Source of the DNA: Octopus sinensis
Taxonomy: Eukaryota
Reading direction: 5' to 3'
Length of the DNA: 64,000 nucleotides
Assembly (NCBI RefSeq): GCF_006345805.1
Contig: NC_043003.1
Location: forward strand, 22,692,001-22,756,000
The position numbers and the translations under genes are program-made. Below, piece by piece: positions 1-13,765 of this stretch. The notes below the pieces were generated by a model. The model worked only from the letters and a program-made list of their open reading frames with translations. It was not told the DNA's origin and did not search any database. How positions within the stretch are numbered: the first letter of the stretch is position 1; each line of letters opens with the position of its first letter.

Positions 1-1418
1 ACAATACAAATAAATGGAATACAATATTTCACTTCTTCCCACAATATTCTGATGTCCCACATAATTTCCTATTTAATTTCATATTAGTCTTCAACCTTCA
101 AAGGTTACGGTTATTTAAGCCCTAATGGAAAACAACCGTCATCAAAGGTTTTCCAGTTGTAACCATTCGAGTTTCTTAAAAATCCTGAATAACATACCTT
201 AATGTACTCTTCTATGTTTGCAGCGATAGAGAGTAATTTTGAATGAGATTTAAATCATATTTGTAGCTTATTTTATTGTCTGCGTTGATGATTCTACGTT
301 AACAGAATTCTTTCAGGTTTGAAAGAACTCGGAGCTTGTCATATAGCATTTCAATAAATTTTGTTTTGTTATATATTAAAACAACAACTCTTGTTTGTAA
401 AAGAATTTAGTTTACTCTGTAAACATGAATAAAATAACAGTTTATACTCTATAAAATATTTTATTCTAATCATAACTAATTTAAATCTAATTAAAACGAT
501 GCAATGAATTTCCAACTCAAAATATCGGTTATTTTGAAATCTTCATCTATCCAAACTTAATTAGGAGACTGATTCAAAATAAGAGAGCTTGCCAGCAGCC
601 AGCCTCTAATTAGCTTTTAATCTCAAATTAAACGAAACGTTAAAAAAACAAAACAAAACAACAAATGACATTTCATTCTCGGAAAACCATGGAGCAAATT
701 AGTGAAAAATCAAAAGTTGATAGGACTGAAAATATTGAAGGAGGATCAAAAGCAGTGTTTATTATCTCGAGATACCTGATACAAAGCAGAACCTAGAATT
801 CCAACAATTGCTTGCTAAAGTACGTTACAAGGGTTTAAACAATAGGGGATATGTTATATGATAATGATAATAACAATAGCATCAATTGTAATAATAAAAT
901 GGGAATAATTATATATATACAAACATATGTATACGAGTTCAAGGTAAACGTCTGTATAACTGTTTGGCTTATTAGATATAGGAGTCAAATATCACACACA
1001 AGTTGCAACGTGAGGCAAATGTGGAAACAAAAATCGATAGTAAATCTAAGATAGTGAAATATTTTCGCCCTGTTATTTTCTCGTTTAGGGAAATTTTTCT
1101 AATTATGAAAAATCAGATATACAAAAAGAGAAAGAAAAGAAAATGGAAATCTAACAAATGAAACAGAAGAGTAATCACGAAATTATTGGGGTGGATTTAT
1201 ACCAGTGTTTTCTTTAGCTTTATGATTGGTTAAGATAATTTGTCTGCATAATTAAATTGGAATGACCGAAGTTAAAACGCCTACGCCGGCCGTCATACAC
1301 TTTCACTTTTGTTCAAACGAGGGCGCGTATTAAACGCACACATGTTATCCAAATGCGTACATATATTCAAACACTCACGCAAACATCCATCCATATCTAC
1401 ATCTATATATATCTATAA

Positions 1419-1478
<60 letters not shown>

Positions 1479-1518
1479 AATTTTATTCGCTTCTTTAAAC
1501 AAATGCATCACACATTCA

Positions 1519-1804
1519 TCATTCACTCATCAACAATAAAGCTTCATCACAGGATCCGCTTCGCTTTCCTATGTGTGGTTTATAAATAATGGTTACTGGA
1601 GTTTTGAACACATCGCGTATTTTTTTCAGGAAATAAGGGTAAATATCAATGAATAGATGTATGTGTAACTCATATTCTGACATTTTCGGCATGCAATAAA
1701 ATCCCAATGTATTGTTGGCCTTTAATATTTCGCTGATTTTCCAAACAATACTGTCTTGATGTTTCCTTACTTCAATCGTTCGAACAATCAAAAACGGTTC
1801 AAAC
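1519..1804 (-). CDS. Candidate terminal coding exon of an unidentified gene
   Basis: 98-codon non-repetitive ORF; possible acceptor tgcttcaacag|TTT GAA CCG; no recognisable domain. Confidence 0.25.
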
Positions 1805-1870
1805 TGTTGAAGCACTCGATTTTATGAATTGAGGGTTTCTTTCTGGTTTGTAAACACAAACGTCCATTTA

Positions 1871-1916
<46 letters not shown>

Positions 1917-2001
1917 TATACATATATATACACATATATTTATTTCGACGCTTTTGCGAATGTTTTCCCATTTTCGCCGCTGCTGGTGCTGTTGCAGCTG
2001 T

Positions 2002-2041
<40 letters not shown>

Positions 2042-3520
2042 GCTAATAGTAATAATGATAATGCTAGTAATAATAGTTGCATACATCCAAACGTTACAAG
2101 TTCAAGAAGTATCTCAATAGTCGCTCGAACTTTTGTTAGACATAGCAGTCATATATCAATCAAATCACACTCTTATGTCTTGAAAAAGAGGGGGTGGACT
2201 TATCAAATTAACACACACACACACACAAACATGCATTATGCGTGTATGTATGCGTGCGTGTTTAGTGAGAGTTGAGGGAAGTTTTAGCTTTAGTCGATGC
2301 AGATGTAAATCCTGTAAAGTCAGTGAAAATTCTCGATTTAAGACACGATCAAATTGACGTATAATAATAATATTCTGACACAAGTGACGAAGCGGAAGTT
2401 ATTCTGAAATGAAAGTTTGCTTCTTTCAAGATAAACAGCCATTTTAAAAATCAAACTGTGTATATATAAATATATATATATATATATAAGCTGGAATGAT
2501 TTGGCAAATATAGGTTTTGAGAACGAAATCAATTAAGAGTTTCTTCCTGTTTCACAGGCTGTTTAATCCCACCCTGCCCAAAAATCAAAACCACAGCAAA
2601 AACAAACTAAAAAGAAAGAAACAACCCAGTGCTTAAATACACTAACCCACTTACTCATATACGCAAACATTGATGTATGTATATGTGTGGACGTGACACA
2701 CTTCGCCGTCGTTGCTAAGCTCTAGAAAGTCTGTGATATTCAATAATAAAGTCCCTTGTCTGATAATGACTTTGAAACATATGCTGCAATCTAGACACAA
2801 GTCACGTTAAATCGAGCCGTAACTGCTGTCAGATTGTAAATTTAACACAACGCCATTTTATGGTGTTTTGGTTGCTGTTTAAGTGTTAGGTATGTATAAC
2901 AAAAGCTGGACTGAGTCCAAAAAAGGGATTTGCGGCTGGATACAAATTTCCAGAAATAGGCAAAAATGTTGTTTAGTCTGTAGTGAATTTATTATGAAGA
3001 TTAAGCTATTTCAGTAACATTCGCTAGAGAGGAAGCTTGATAAGCTATTTTGGAATTAATTCAGATTTAATTATAAGTGAACTAATTTTAAATGCGTAGA
3101 GCGCTCTCTTTCACTCTCATTCACTTATTTATTTATTTATTTATTTATTTAAAAGCACATTAAGCAACGCTGCTGAGAAACTAGAAGGTCACGCATACTT
3201 AATGGTTGGAGACCAACAGGATACTTGTATTCAAGGGTAGCTAATTATGTATTTATAGTACAATAACACGTTAACATTAAAGTACGAGAGAAAATCTCAT
3301 GGCAAATTTGAAACTTTCCAGTCAGAACGAATTCTTAATGTTTCACATATAATAATGCAGCAGCCCGAGGTCAGTAGGTTAGAGCAAAGATTACAAGGCC
3401 AGATTTGAAATGATTTTCTGAAGGTCTATTTTTTTTGTTATTAAGGCTAATTACTATGCTGTGTATGCCTAAGTTACACAACTTGGTCTATACTTGAATA
3501 TCAACACACATGCACACAAT

Positions 3521-3563
<43 letters not shown>

Positions 3564-4347
3564 ATGTGTGTGTGTGTGTGTGTGTATTTTCGTTAAAATA
3601 TCAAAAATCAGGAGAAGAGCATACCCTATAAAAATATAGAGCAGTTATGTATTTGTGTATGTGTAACGTGTGTTTAGAAAAAAGCCATTGGTTTCATATC
3701 TAGCCTGAACTAGACATCTTTTCAGTTTCTCTAGACAGTAACCGTTCTCGGTAAAGAATGTTTGTTTTAAAACACAAGAACGCCGGTGATAGTTCAAGAA
3801 ATAATCGTCTTAAAAATATGGCCAGGCGAGTTGTCTTCCTTCATTTGATAGCTAGGTTTTCCAATCTGAAGGAAAAATTTCCAATAGTTTTTTTTCTAAA
3901 CTTACGTTACACATACACAAATATATATATATATGTATATATGTAAGTATGTATATATGTAAGTATGTATATATGTATGTATGCATGCATTTTCATTTTT
4001 AAGTCTTGTAGATGGTAGTCACAATGAGAAAAATATAGATTGTAATACTTCCAAATAGGTTCCTGGTTTAAATGCTCAATTCTTCACCCAAGAATCTATT
4101 TGCTCTAAATATTTTATTGGCATAGATTTACATAGTTGATCTATTGCCTCAAAGTTCATAACATATAAATTCTCGCTTTTATTTTATGGATATGTTAAAC
4201 CCTGTTTAATAGTTGATTTGTAGCATAGAAGCTTATTTCGGTAAAGTCACTCTTGTCTTAGATTTATCATGTAGATATGTTAAGCGGAGTTTATATAGTT
4301 TGACTTCTCAGTTGAAAGACCGAAAGTCTCTCTCTGGTATAAATTTA

Positions 4348-4768
4348 TCTTTTATCCTGTTTCAATCATTAGACTGCAGTCATGTTGTGGCACTGCCTTG
4401 AAGAATTTCTAGTCGAATGAAGCGACCCCAGGACTTATTTTTTAAAGCTTGGTACTTATTTTATCGCCCTCTTTTTGCCGAACCGCTACGTTACGGAAAT
4501 GTAAACCCACTAACACCAGTTGTTAAGCGATGGTGGAGACAAATATAGACCACAAAGACACTTACTGACACACACACAAACACAGAGACACACACGCACT
4601 CACACACATACATATAATATATATATATACGACGGCTTCTTTTCAGGTTCCGTCTACCAAATCCAGTGACAGGCTTTGGCCGGCCCGAGACTATAGTAGA
4701 AAGCACTAGCTGAAGGTGTCACGCAGTGATACTGAACCCGGAACCATGTGGCTGGGATTCAAAGCCTC
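4348..4768 (-). mobile_element. SINE family A (central microsatellite), diverged
   Basis: Homologous to the other A copies; head partly lost. Confidence 0.8.
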
Positions 4769-5028
4769 AGATGATTTTGCTCAGCATTGATATGAAAAAT
4801 GTATTGTTTTGTAAATCATCGGGTTGGGTTGTTGAGTTTAGAAATAAATACTTAATCCTGTCCTGATTAAAGATAGATAGTCTCGGGAGGATTTGAACAT
4901 AATACTGCAAACTATCAAAAGAAGTAATCAACAATATTTTACAACCGTTTTTCACCACAAGGATTCTCAATATTCAGAGTATCTCTTCTCAACTAAATAA
5001 ACCCAGTTTGTGTAACTTTTTAGAATCT

Positions 5029-5238
5029 CTACTGAAGGTATATGACCTTGAAGCTAGGTTGATCAACATAAGAACGTCGGACTGTGATTTCGCCTTTTGG
5101 ACTGAGCAACACATTGTGTCCTTGATCAAGGCGCTTTATTTCCTGTTGCAAGAGTTTACGCAGCTGCAATAGGTACCAGCTGATTTCTGGTACATCCCTC
5201 TCTCCTTCTAGACTCCAGATGTCATATCCTAAATAGTC
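5029..5238 (-). CDS. Candidate coding exon of an unidentified gene
   Basis: GC-richer unique segment; acceptor ctttcatctatcag; open frame DYLGYDIWSLEGERDVPEISWYLLQLRKLLQQEIKRL...; nearby donors gtgagt/gtaagt at about 5315-5335. The antisense frame is also open, so the strand is uncertain. Confidence 0.3.
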   Translation of the reverse strand, partial: DYLGYDIWSLEGERDVPEISWYLLQLRKLLQQEIKRLDQGHNVLLSPKGEITVRRSYVDQPSFKVIYLQ

Positions 5239-6288
5239 TGATAGATGAAAGATTAGTATACAGAGAGGGGGTCTATGATTGATCACAAAACAATTAAAGA
5301 AAGCATAGCGTATACTTACCAAGCCATACTCACTTCGAGCGACGGCTAGCTGTACTTTAATATCATTGCCAGAAACACAACAATGCTTCGATGATAGGAA
5401 AGGAGTCTATATATTTTTTCGATTTATTTTATGTATTTACTGCGATTAGCATTATTGTCTCAGCAACAGAATTTACATTTTTAGATTCACTCGTGCCATT
5501 TCGCTGACAATAACATCTGTTAATTCGCGGCCAAGTTTTCCTCCAGCTATAGTTACAGGAAGCGTCATAAGTTGAAAAAGAAGTTATTTTCGTCTGCTTG
5601 AGTATACGCTGGAGAGAGAGAGAGGCGTCACCATTTCCAATACATATTTTCATTCAATTTTACAAACATGAAATGGGATATATTTTCGGTTCAACTCTTA
5701 GTTTGGTGAAATGTTCTTTTATTATTATTACTTCAGTAATCATAAAATAATGAACAGCCACATTGTTGACTTTACCAATTCCTGTTCATTAACTCTCTGT
5801 ACGGGGAGCACGCACGCAAACACACGCAGACACATTAAAGTGACGGACAAAATATCTTGCAGAATTTAGCTTGAACTCTTTGTGTTCTGCGTTCAAATCT
5901 CATCGGAGTCGATTTTAAAGTTCATATCTACTTAGTCGATAAAATGAAGTTATGTATGTATGTATATATATATATATATATATATGTATAAACACAGAAA
6001 CTCACATATGTATTTTGGGAACAGGCATATACCAACAAAATCACACGTACTGATTATGTTTTATGTTTTATTACAAATTAATTGAATAAGCAACCAGGTG
6101 ATCAGTTTGCTAATCGATTAGTGTGTCAAAGTCCTTTCGTCAATCTGCCACCATATCTATAATAACGTGTCCCCCTTTCCCCAATACAAAAGTGATGTAT
6201 ATATATATGTGCATGTGTGTTTGTGTGCTTGCCTGCATATGTGTGTGTATGTAGTGAGAAAAAGTGAAAGAGAAAGACGGAGTAAGAT

Positions 6289-6580
6289 ATTTCAGTCATT
6301 TGACTGCAGCCATGCTGGAGCACCGTCTTTTGTCGAGCAAATCGACCCCATGACTTATTCTTTGTAAGCCTATCGGTGTCTTTTGACGAACTGCTAAGTT
6401 ACAGCGACGTAAACACACCAGCATCAGTTGTTAAGCAATGTTAGTGGGACAAACACAGACACACAAACATATACACAAACATACATATACATATACATAT
6501 ATATATAATGTAACATATACATTATGTACATATACATACATATATATATATATATAATGTAACATATACATTATGTACAT

Positions 6581-6617
<37 letters not shown>

Positions 6618-6770
6618 CGACGGGCTTCTGTTTCCGTCTACCAAATCCACTCACAAGGCTTTGGTCGACCCGAGGCTATAGTAGAAGACACATGCCCAAG
6701 GTGCCACGCAGTGGGACTGAACTCGGAACCAGGTGGTTGGTAAGCCAAGCTACTTACTACACAGCCACTT
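6289..6770 (-). mobile_element. SINE family A
   Basis: Full body; the central TA/CA tract contains a duplicated unit of about 50 bp. Confidence 0.85.
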
Positions 6771-7225
6771 ATGTTGAGGGTTAATGTTAGGATAGAATAA
6801 TTTATGAAAACTTATAATTTGGAAGATTTTATAAATTGTTTTACAAAGGAAAGTATTGCGTTTTGTAAGCAAAATTAAAGTAGGATTTACTTCGTCATGA
6901 AACTTTAGCGACAAAGATCCCCGGTTGAGTCTTTCTATATTTCAAAGCCAGATCCATTACAAAATGTTCTTTGTTAAGTTTATTTGTATTAAGAAACTTA
7001 TGATAATCTTGTTAAAGGTGTTACATTACAAACCATTTATGAAAGAAAGATGTATAAGAAATTGAGTTTGCTTTCTGGAATCATAGTTGCAAAAATTAAA
7101 AAGTAAGAAACTGTTAGGATGACGAGGAAAACATCAGCTGCAAGAACAAAAAAGTGCTACAAATTTTCGGAAATTTTGAACAAGCATTTCATGCTTTTTA
7201 CGATGATCTAGTATTAATATTTCGT

Positions 7226-7600
7226 GGAGGCGCAATGGCCCAGTGGTTAGGGCAGCGGATTCGCGGTCATAGGATCGCGGCTTCGATTCCCAGACCGGGC
7301 GTTGTGAGTGTTTATTGAGCGAAAACACCTAAAGCTGCACGATGCTCCAGCAGGGGATGGTGGCGAACCCTGCTGTACTCTTTCACCACAGCTTTCTCTT
7401 ACTTCCAGTTTTCTGTTGTGCCTGTAATTCAAAGGGCCAGCTTTGTCACACTCTGTGTCACTCTGAATATCCCCGAGAACTACGTTAAGAGTACACGTGT
7501 CTGTGGAGTGCTCAGCCACTTGCACGTTAATTTCATGAGCAGGCTGTTCCATTGATCGGGTCAACTGGAACCCTCCTCATCGTAAGCGACGGAGTGCCAA
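7226..7600 (+). mobile_element. tRNA-derived SINE family D (tRNA-Arg-like head)
   Basis: A-box tggcccagtgg, B-box gcttcgattcc; approximate TSD gtattaatatttcgt / gtactaatatttttgt; homologous to 9480-9918 and 36769-37153. Confidence 0.85.
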
Positions 7601-8264
7601 GTACTAATATTTTTGTGTAGAAAGAAAGCAACACCAAACTTGATCTATGAAAAGGACAACCGTTGCTTTGTTTAGAGTTAAAACTACAGTATTTGCAGGT
7701 GTTTTTTTCCAAGGACTTTTATTTATATTTTTGCTTGTTTACTAATTTGAAGATGCAGTCAGCTTTCTTTTATGAACAATATCTCAAAGGGAAATCAACA
7801 GTGGACAAGGGTTTGCAGATGTTTGGAAACACTTGAAGGCAGATTTTTGAAACAATCCCTACATAAGCCTCTATAAACCATAAAGCCATTGTATAAGATG
7901 AGGACCTGAAATCCTGTTTTACATTCTAACACCCAAGCCTTTCTGTTGTGGTTATGAGATACTGGTCAATCCCAGAACAACATCCGTGTTTAATGTTTTT
8001 TTTGCTAACCTTTCTGCTTCCTTGAAAAGCACACCACTTACGCGTACAATACTGTACAAAAAGCTTTGTTACGAATGAATAGATATAAAGATTTGCCGTT
8101 CGTTATTGGTCTCGTAAATAAGGACCATAAATTTCAATTGTTTTGTTTACTAATTGAGAAATACATCTCATTCACGCTCATTTTACTTTGCAAAAGAGAG
8201 AAACGAATAAAAAACATGGAAGTGCTTGCATTATCAGAGCGTATATAATATCAAAGTTATCCTA

Positions 8265-8661
8265 AGGCGGCGAGCTGGCAGAAACGTTAGCACCCCGGGC
8301 GAAATGCTTACCGGTAATCCGTCTGCCGTTACGTTCTGAGTTCAAATTCCACCGAGGTCGACTTTGCCTTTCATTCTTTCGGGGTCGATTAAATAAGTAC
8401 CAGTTACGCACTGTGGTCGATATAATCGACTAAATCCGTCTGTCTGTTCTTATTTGTCCCCTCTGTGTTTAGCCCCTTGTGGGTAGTAAAGAAATAGGTA
8501 TTTCGTCTGTCTTTACGTTCTGAGTTCAAATTCCAGCGAGGTCGGCTTTGCCTTTCATCCTTTCGGGGTCGATAAATTAAGTAGCAGTTGCGTACTGGGG
8601 TCGAATTAATCGACTGGCCCTCTCCCCCAAAATTTCTGGCCTTGTGCCTAGAGTAGAAAAG
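8265..8661 (+). mobile_element. Dimeric SINE family B
   Basis: 18-bp TSD aatatcaaagttatccta; B-box-like gagttcaaattcc; two internal copies of the gtcgactttgcctttcatcctttcggggtcgat module. Confidence 0.9.
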
Positions 8662-9267
8662 AATATCAAAGTTATCCTACCATAACAAATTAAAAAATTT
8701 TTCACCTGAAACCATTCCGGGTTCTATAACTAAAACTTCAAATTTAAAGCGATTTATATTAAAACCTATGAAAATTTCATTTTAATTTGTTTCATACAAC
8801 ATAATAATCGCCATATTATTTTACCTTTTTCGTTGTTTTCAAAATTAATTGAAGGAGAAGCAGCGTATTTTAACAGAAAGCTGGGAAGGAAAGAATTAAA
8901 TGATAATATCAATAAGATTGAGACCACATATCATTATTATAAAACTACTTGCCGGGTCATTAAATATTTGCCTGATGTTTGCATTCAATTTAACAAATAA
9001 GAATAGAAATTTTTCGCTATTTTCAGATAGATTACTCCTTTCAGGATCTTGATAATTCCTGCACTAAGTGCTTGACTGAGTTGGTTGCGCGTCATCTAGA
9101 CTAATGACGCACAACCGTTTTAGTTTCCGCCTAGAAAAGCACATTTAGATAAAATCGCAACTAAAACTATTAGCATCCACATATGAACCAAAGCCAAAAC
9201 AAATGTTGGTAGTCATTTTGTAATCAATAATTTTATAACCTATAACTACTGTAACTTTGAGAACATA

Positions 9268-9935
9268 CAGTAATCCCTCGACTATCGCGGGTGTTACGCT
9301 CCCAAACTCCCCGCGAAATGTGAAAATCCGCGAAAAAGAAACAGTACTGGAGTGTATGTTTTTTCTATCATTATTATAATTTGTATATATTTATTATAAA
9401 TGCGAAACAACACCACAGAGGAACCGACGTAGCTTGAATAATAAATTGCAATAGGTGAACTGCGATATGGCGAGGGATTGGTGGTGGCACTCCGTCGGTT
9501 ACGACGACGAGTGTTCCAGTTGAACCGATCAATGGAACAGCCTGCTCATGAAATTAACGTGCGAGTGGCTGAGCACTCCACAATCACCTGTACCCTTAAG
9601 TAGTTCTCGGGGAGATTCAGCGTGACACAGAGTACAATAGAAAACGGAAGAAAGAGTGAGAGAAAGTTGTGGTGAAAGAGTAAAGCAGGGTTCGCCACCA
9701 TCCCCTGCTGGAGCCTCGTGGAGCTTTAGGTGTTTTCGCTCAATAAACACTCAACGCCCGGTCTGGGAATCGAAACCGCAATCCTACATCCGCGAGTCCG
9801 CTGCCTTAATTTTAGGTGTTTTCGCTCAATAAACACTCAACGCCCGGTCTGCGAATCGAAACTGCGATCCTAAGACCGCTAGTCCGCTGCCCTAACCACC
9901 GGGCCATTGCGCCTCCACATGGCGAGGGATTACTG
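9268..9935. mobile_element. Tc1/mariner (pogo/Tigger-like) MITE interrupted by a SINE
   Basis: TIR cagtaatccctcg / cgagggattactg; TA precedes the left end; SINE D inserted in the right TIR with a 13-bp TSD atggcgagggatt (9467-9479 / 9919-9931). Confidence 0.75.
9480..9918 (-). mobile_element. SINE family D with a tandem-duplicated head segment
   Basis: Full body; 9725-9809 is duplicated at 9811-9895; 13-bp TSD. Confidence 0.85.
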
Positions 9936-11779
9936 TGTATTGAAATACTAATATCCCAGCTATTCTACATAGGAACCGAGCTCCAAAACGTTTTATCACC
10001 GATTCTGGATCGTTACTGCCTCTAGCTAAGGTTTTTTTTTCTTTTAGTATTAGTACATATTGAACTTTCATTCCAAAATACTCGCTGCTTGCTTTTATTT
10101 CTTTCACAGTAAGTAGAAATGTATGTGTGTTCCTGACAACATGAAGCTACGAACCGTCTTCGTATGATACCTATATCTACAGAACCAAAATAATCTAGAC
10201 TCAACAAAATGAATTGTTCTACAAGTTTAAAGAAGTTTTTGTGTGATATGCTCCATCTACTGATACAGTTTGCTCGTTACTTGTTTCATTCTACAAAAGT
10301 TGCTAAATATACATTTTTATAAAAACGATGTTTTAATTCAATGGAAAGATTCTCTCAACTTTTGATAAATTGTTTCCTTTTCGTCAGCATGAAAACCAAA
10401 CAGAATGAAAAGAAAAAAAAAGCACCTGAACAATATTGTCTTCATCAGCTTCGAAAATGTATATATATTAGTTGAATGAAAAGTAAAACAAGAAAAATAA
10501 ATTGAGAAGGAAAAAAAAAACCTTGATTGGAATCCGAAGTAAATAGAAAAACAAACCAAAATCTTCACAAAAATTCCTGACTCACTAAATATTGTTTGTT
10601 TCATCAATAATGTTGGTAGGTAGCTTCAACAGAACATCACTAACGTCAAACACACACACAAAGCATCCAAACGATCAATAGAGACAGTTGTTGAAATCTT
10701 ACTGGAGAATAGAAAAATACAACAGAGATTTCTCTTTATCAAAGATTAGACGATCAAAATGATTTTAGGAGTTTTATTCGAAAGCAAAATAAAAAGGAAA
10801 CCATTCTAACGAAGCAAAGAATTTTTTCAAGACGATATTTTACCGGGTTTTATCTATTATTTAAGCGGAAACGAACAAGAATAGATTGAGCTACGCATAT
10901 AGTGTCTACTGCATCTAAATAATTTCAATTATTCGTTAAATGAAATAAAAAAAAAGGAAACAAATCAGGGTTACACAAATGATTAACGACCCACTCTCCT
11001 AACTCACAACTTGATACAGTGTAGAAAGTTTTATAGACCCTTTATAACTATGAAAAGATAAAACTAGTTAAGACTGGAAGTTATGGTAATCATGCATACA
11101 CACAGAACTTTAAATGAAGTCAATAATGCTGGGAAAGAAGAAGATATTTAAAAAGATCAATTGAGATATATTCAGCAAATGGATATGAGGGACATGAATG
11201 TATCGAAACGTTTGTGTTTTTTATTTTTACCAATAGAATAGAAAGTACAAAATAACATAGAATAAAATAAACAACAACAACAACATCAACAACAAAAGCA
11301 ATCGATTCTGAAAACACTGGGTTACAAAAATTTAAAGTAAAAAAGAAACCATTTACAAAAGAAAACGGCTGAAAATAAAATGTTGGAATGGTTTCTGCTT
11401 TTTTTTTTCTCTAATTTCAAGCGATGCAAACTAAATTTAGTAAATTTAAGAACCATTATCACAGATTTACTTTTGTAAATGGCCAGCTACGTCTAAAATT
11501 GGTTGGTTTGAGAAATTTGACGCCTCTCACTCGCAGTGTTTTGTTATTGTAACAAAAATGTTTTTTCCTTCTTCTGTTTCATTAAATAATAAGTTAGAGA
11601 TAATTAATAGATGTTGTTACAAATGAAGCACAAATAAAGTCGAAACACTTTTTCTTCGTTAACACGACAGAATTTCTTATATTAACTGGAAACTACAATA
11701 ATAAATATTAAAATTTGCAAAAAGTGGTGGTTACATCTAAATAATATAAAGAATAAAAATTACTTAGACATCTGTAATA

Positions 11780-11944
11780 TATTTCATCGCGATAGAGTCA
11801 CCGTAGCCATTGAAAATACACATACACTACTATATTCACTTGTACTTTATTGTATATTATAAATAAAACTAGTAAGAGTAAAAGTGAATAAAACAGGGTT
11901 ATGTGTGGTTTTAATGGCTACAGAGACTCTGTCAGGATGCAATA
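11780..11944. repeat. Imperfect inverted repeat, MITE-like
   Basis: 11780-11824 vs 11900-11944 reverse complement, plus inner tattcactt/aagtgaata. Confidence 0.55.
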
Positions 11945-12983
11945 AATTTAATCTCAACACACGATTTCAGATACAAAAACAATAAATACTAATCAAATGC
12001 TATTCTCGAATATAGTACATTTACTATGAACAGGAATATAAATATCAAAGCTTGCAAGGCAGGTTTGTCGTAAAATACTAGAAAAATGCCAGTGAGAAAA
12101 ATACACAAATACAAATGGGTTCTTCATAAGTTCCTTTGAAAAATTACAGAGAAATTACTATGCGTAACTCCATGATCAAATTATGGATTTTATATTTTAA
12201 GAAGAATAAGCACCGTTTATGGACTGTCAGATATATTTCTCACTGGAAAATTCTTATTATGAAAGCATGCATGTCTCTGTAGTTATGTTCTGGATGGTCA
12301 CTGTAACAATGATGGTAAAGTGTGCACGCAATTAAAGTTGTTCAATGACTTAAGAAAAACAACAAAAATTCTTGCATTTCCTCTTAATTTCTAAAGTGCA
12401 TTGTTTGCATGGCGAACAGCGAGAATCTAAACGATGACTTGCATATTCATTCTTAATATGTTTCACACATTCGAACACAAATATGCTAATTACTGTAGTG
12501 CTCGTCACAGGAGAACAACTCTAACTTTACGTCAACTATGTGTTCATAACACACTCGATTCATGAATGCAAGGGATTCTGGGACACTGGCATTTCATGTG
12601 CCTTGTCAAGCCAGAAGTACTCAAACCAATGAATCTAAACAAGAGCCGATGGCCTTGTTTATAGTTTCAGGGAAAAAAAACTGTTTGTTGATCCGTACTG
12701 AAATCAGGTTAAGCCGGAAGAAAAGTCGCTAAGAAGTTTGTCCCACCCGCCAAAGTTCTGTCAGCACGCCATATTTTCTTGATTAAAATAATAGATACGA
12801 ATTGTTATAGTTATTCTTGTTTAACCCCAGGTCACTTATGATTGATTAAAACGTTGATGAAAGTCGTGCCATCTATGACCATCTGTCTTTCTGTAAGGCA
12901 CCACGTTTCTAAGATCATATCGCCAAATATATTCTTTTTTTTCAATTAAGTGAGATCTAATTCGAAATAAGCCTGACTGCTAT

Positions 12984-13174
12984 TCTTTTATTCTTTTACT
13001 TGTTTCAGTCATTTAACTGCGGCCATGCTGGAGCACCGCCTTTAGTCGAACAAATCGATTCCAGGACTTATTCTGTGTAAGCCTAGAACTTACTCTACCG
13101 GTCTCGTTTGCCGAACCGCTAAGTTACGGGGACATAACAAGCGATGGTGGGGGGACAAACACAGACATACAAAA

Positions 13175-13205
<31 letters not shown>

Positions 13206-13373
13206 TATATATACGACGGGCTTCTTTCAGTTTCCGCCTACCAAATCCACTCGCAAGGCTTTGGCTGGCCCGAGGCTATAGTAGAAGACACTTGCCCAAG
13301 GTGTCACGCATTGGGACCGAACCCAGAGCCATGTGGTTGGTAAGCAAGCTACTTACCGCACAGCTACTCCTGC
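12984..13373 (-). mobile_element. SINE family A
   Basis: Full body with (CA)n centre. Confidence 0.85.
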
Positions 13374-13728
13374 AACTAACAAATTTACTAACCACGCTGA
13401 AGCCGAGTCGTTGAGTGCAATAAAAACGAATCGGGCTAAATTTGCTCTTTCGCGTTTTCTACGTTCAAATTGCATTGTGGAGTGGTTTGGCTCTTTCGTT
13501 CATCAGAGGGCCGAAAGAAAAAACAAAAAGAATAAAAGAAAATGATATGATATTACCATTAGTATACTGGATTGCATATGGTTCGAAGATATATGCAGTC
13601 TCATTATTAAACAATCTGTTATTCAATTCAAACCCGGCGGAGATGAAAACAGAGACGTAGGTGTTGACTATATTGAATGAAGCTGTTGACATGCAAAATT
13701 CAACCTAACATAACAACACCAGCCACGA

Positions 13729-13765
<37 letters not shown>

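Noticed and set aside
7226-7300. tRNA-like sequences here and at 34019, 36769 and 52921
   Set aside because: These are SINE heads: they have A/B boxes but no closing acceptor stem, and they continue into SINE bodies with TSDs.
13480-13520. Minus-strand CTGATGAacGAAA
   Set aside because: Stem II and a GUH site with matching stem I are missing; not a credible hammerhead.
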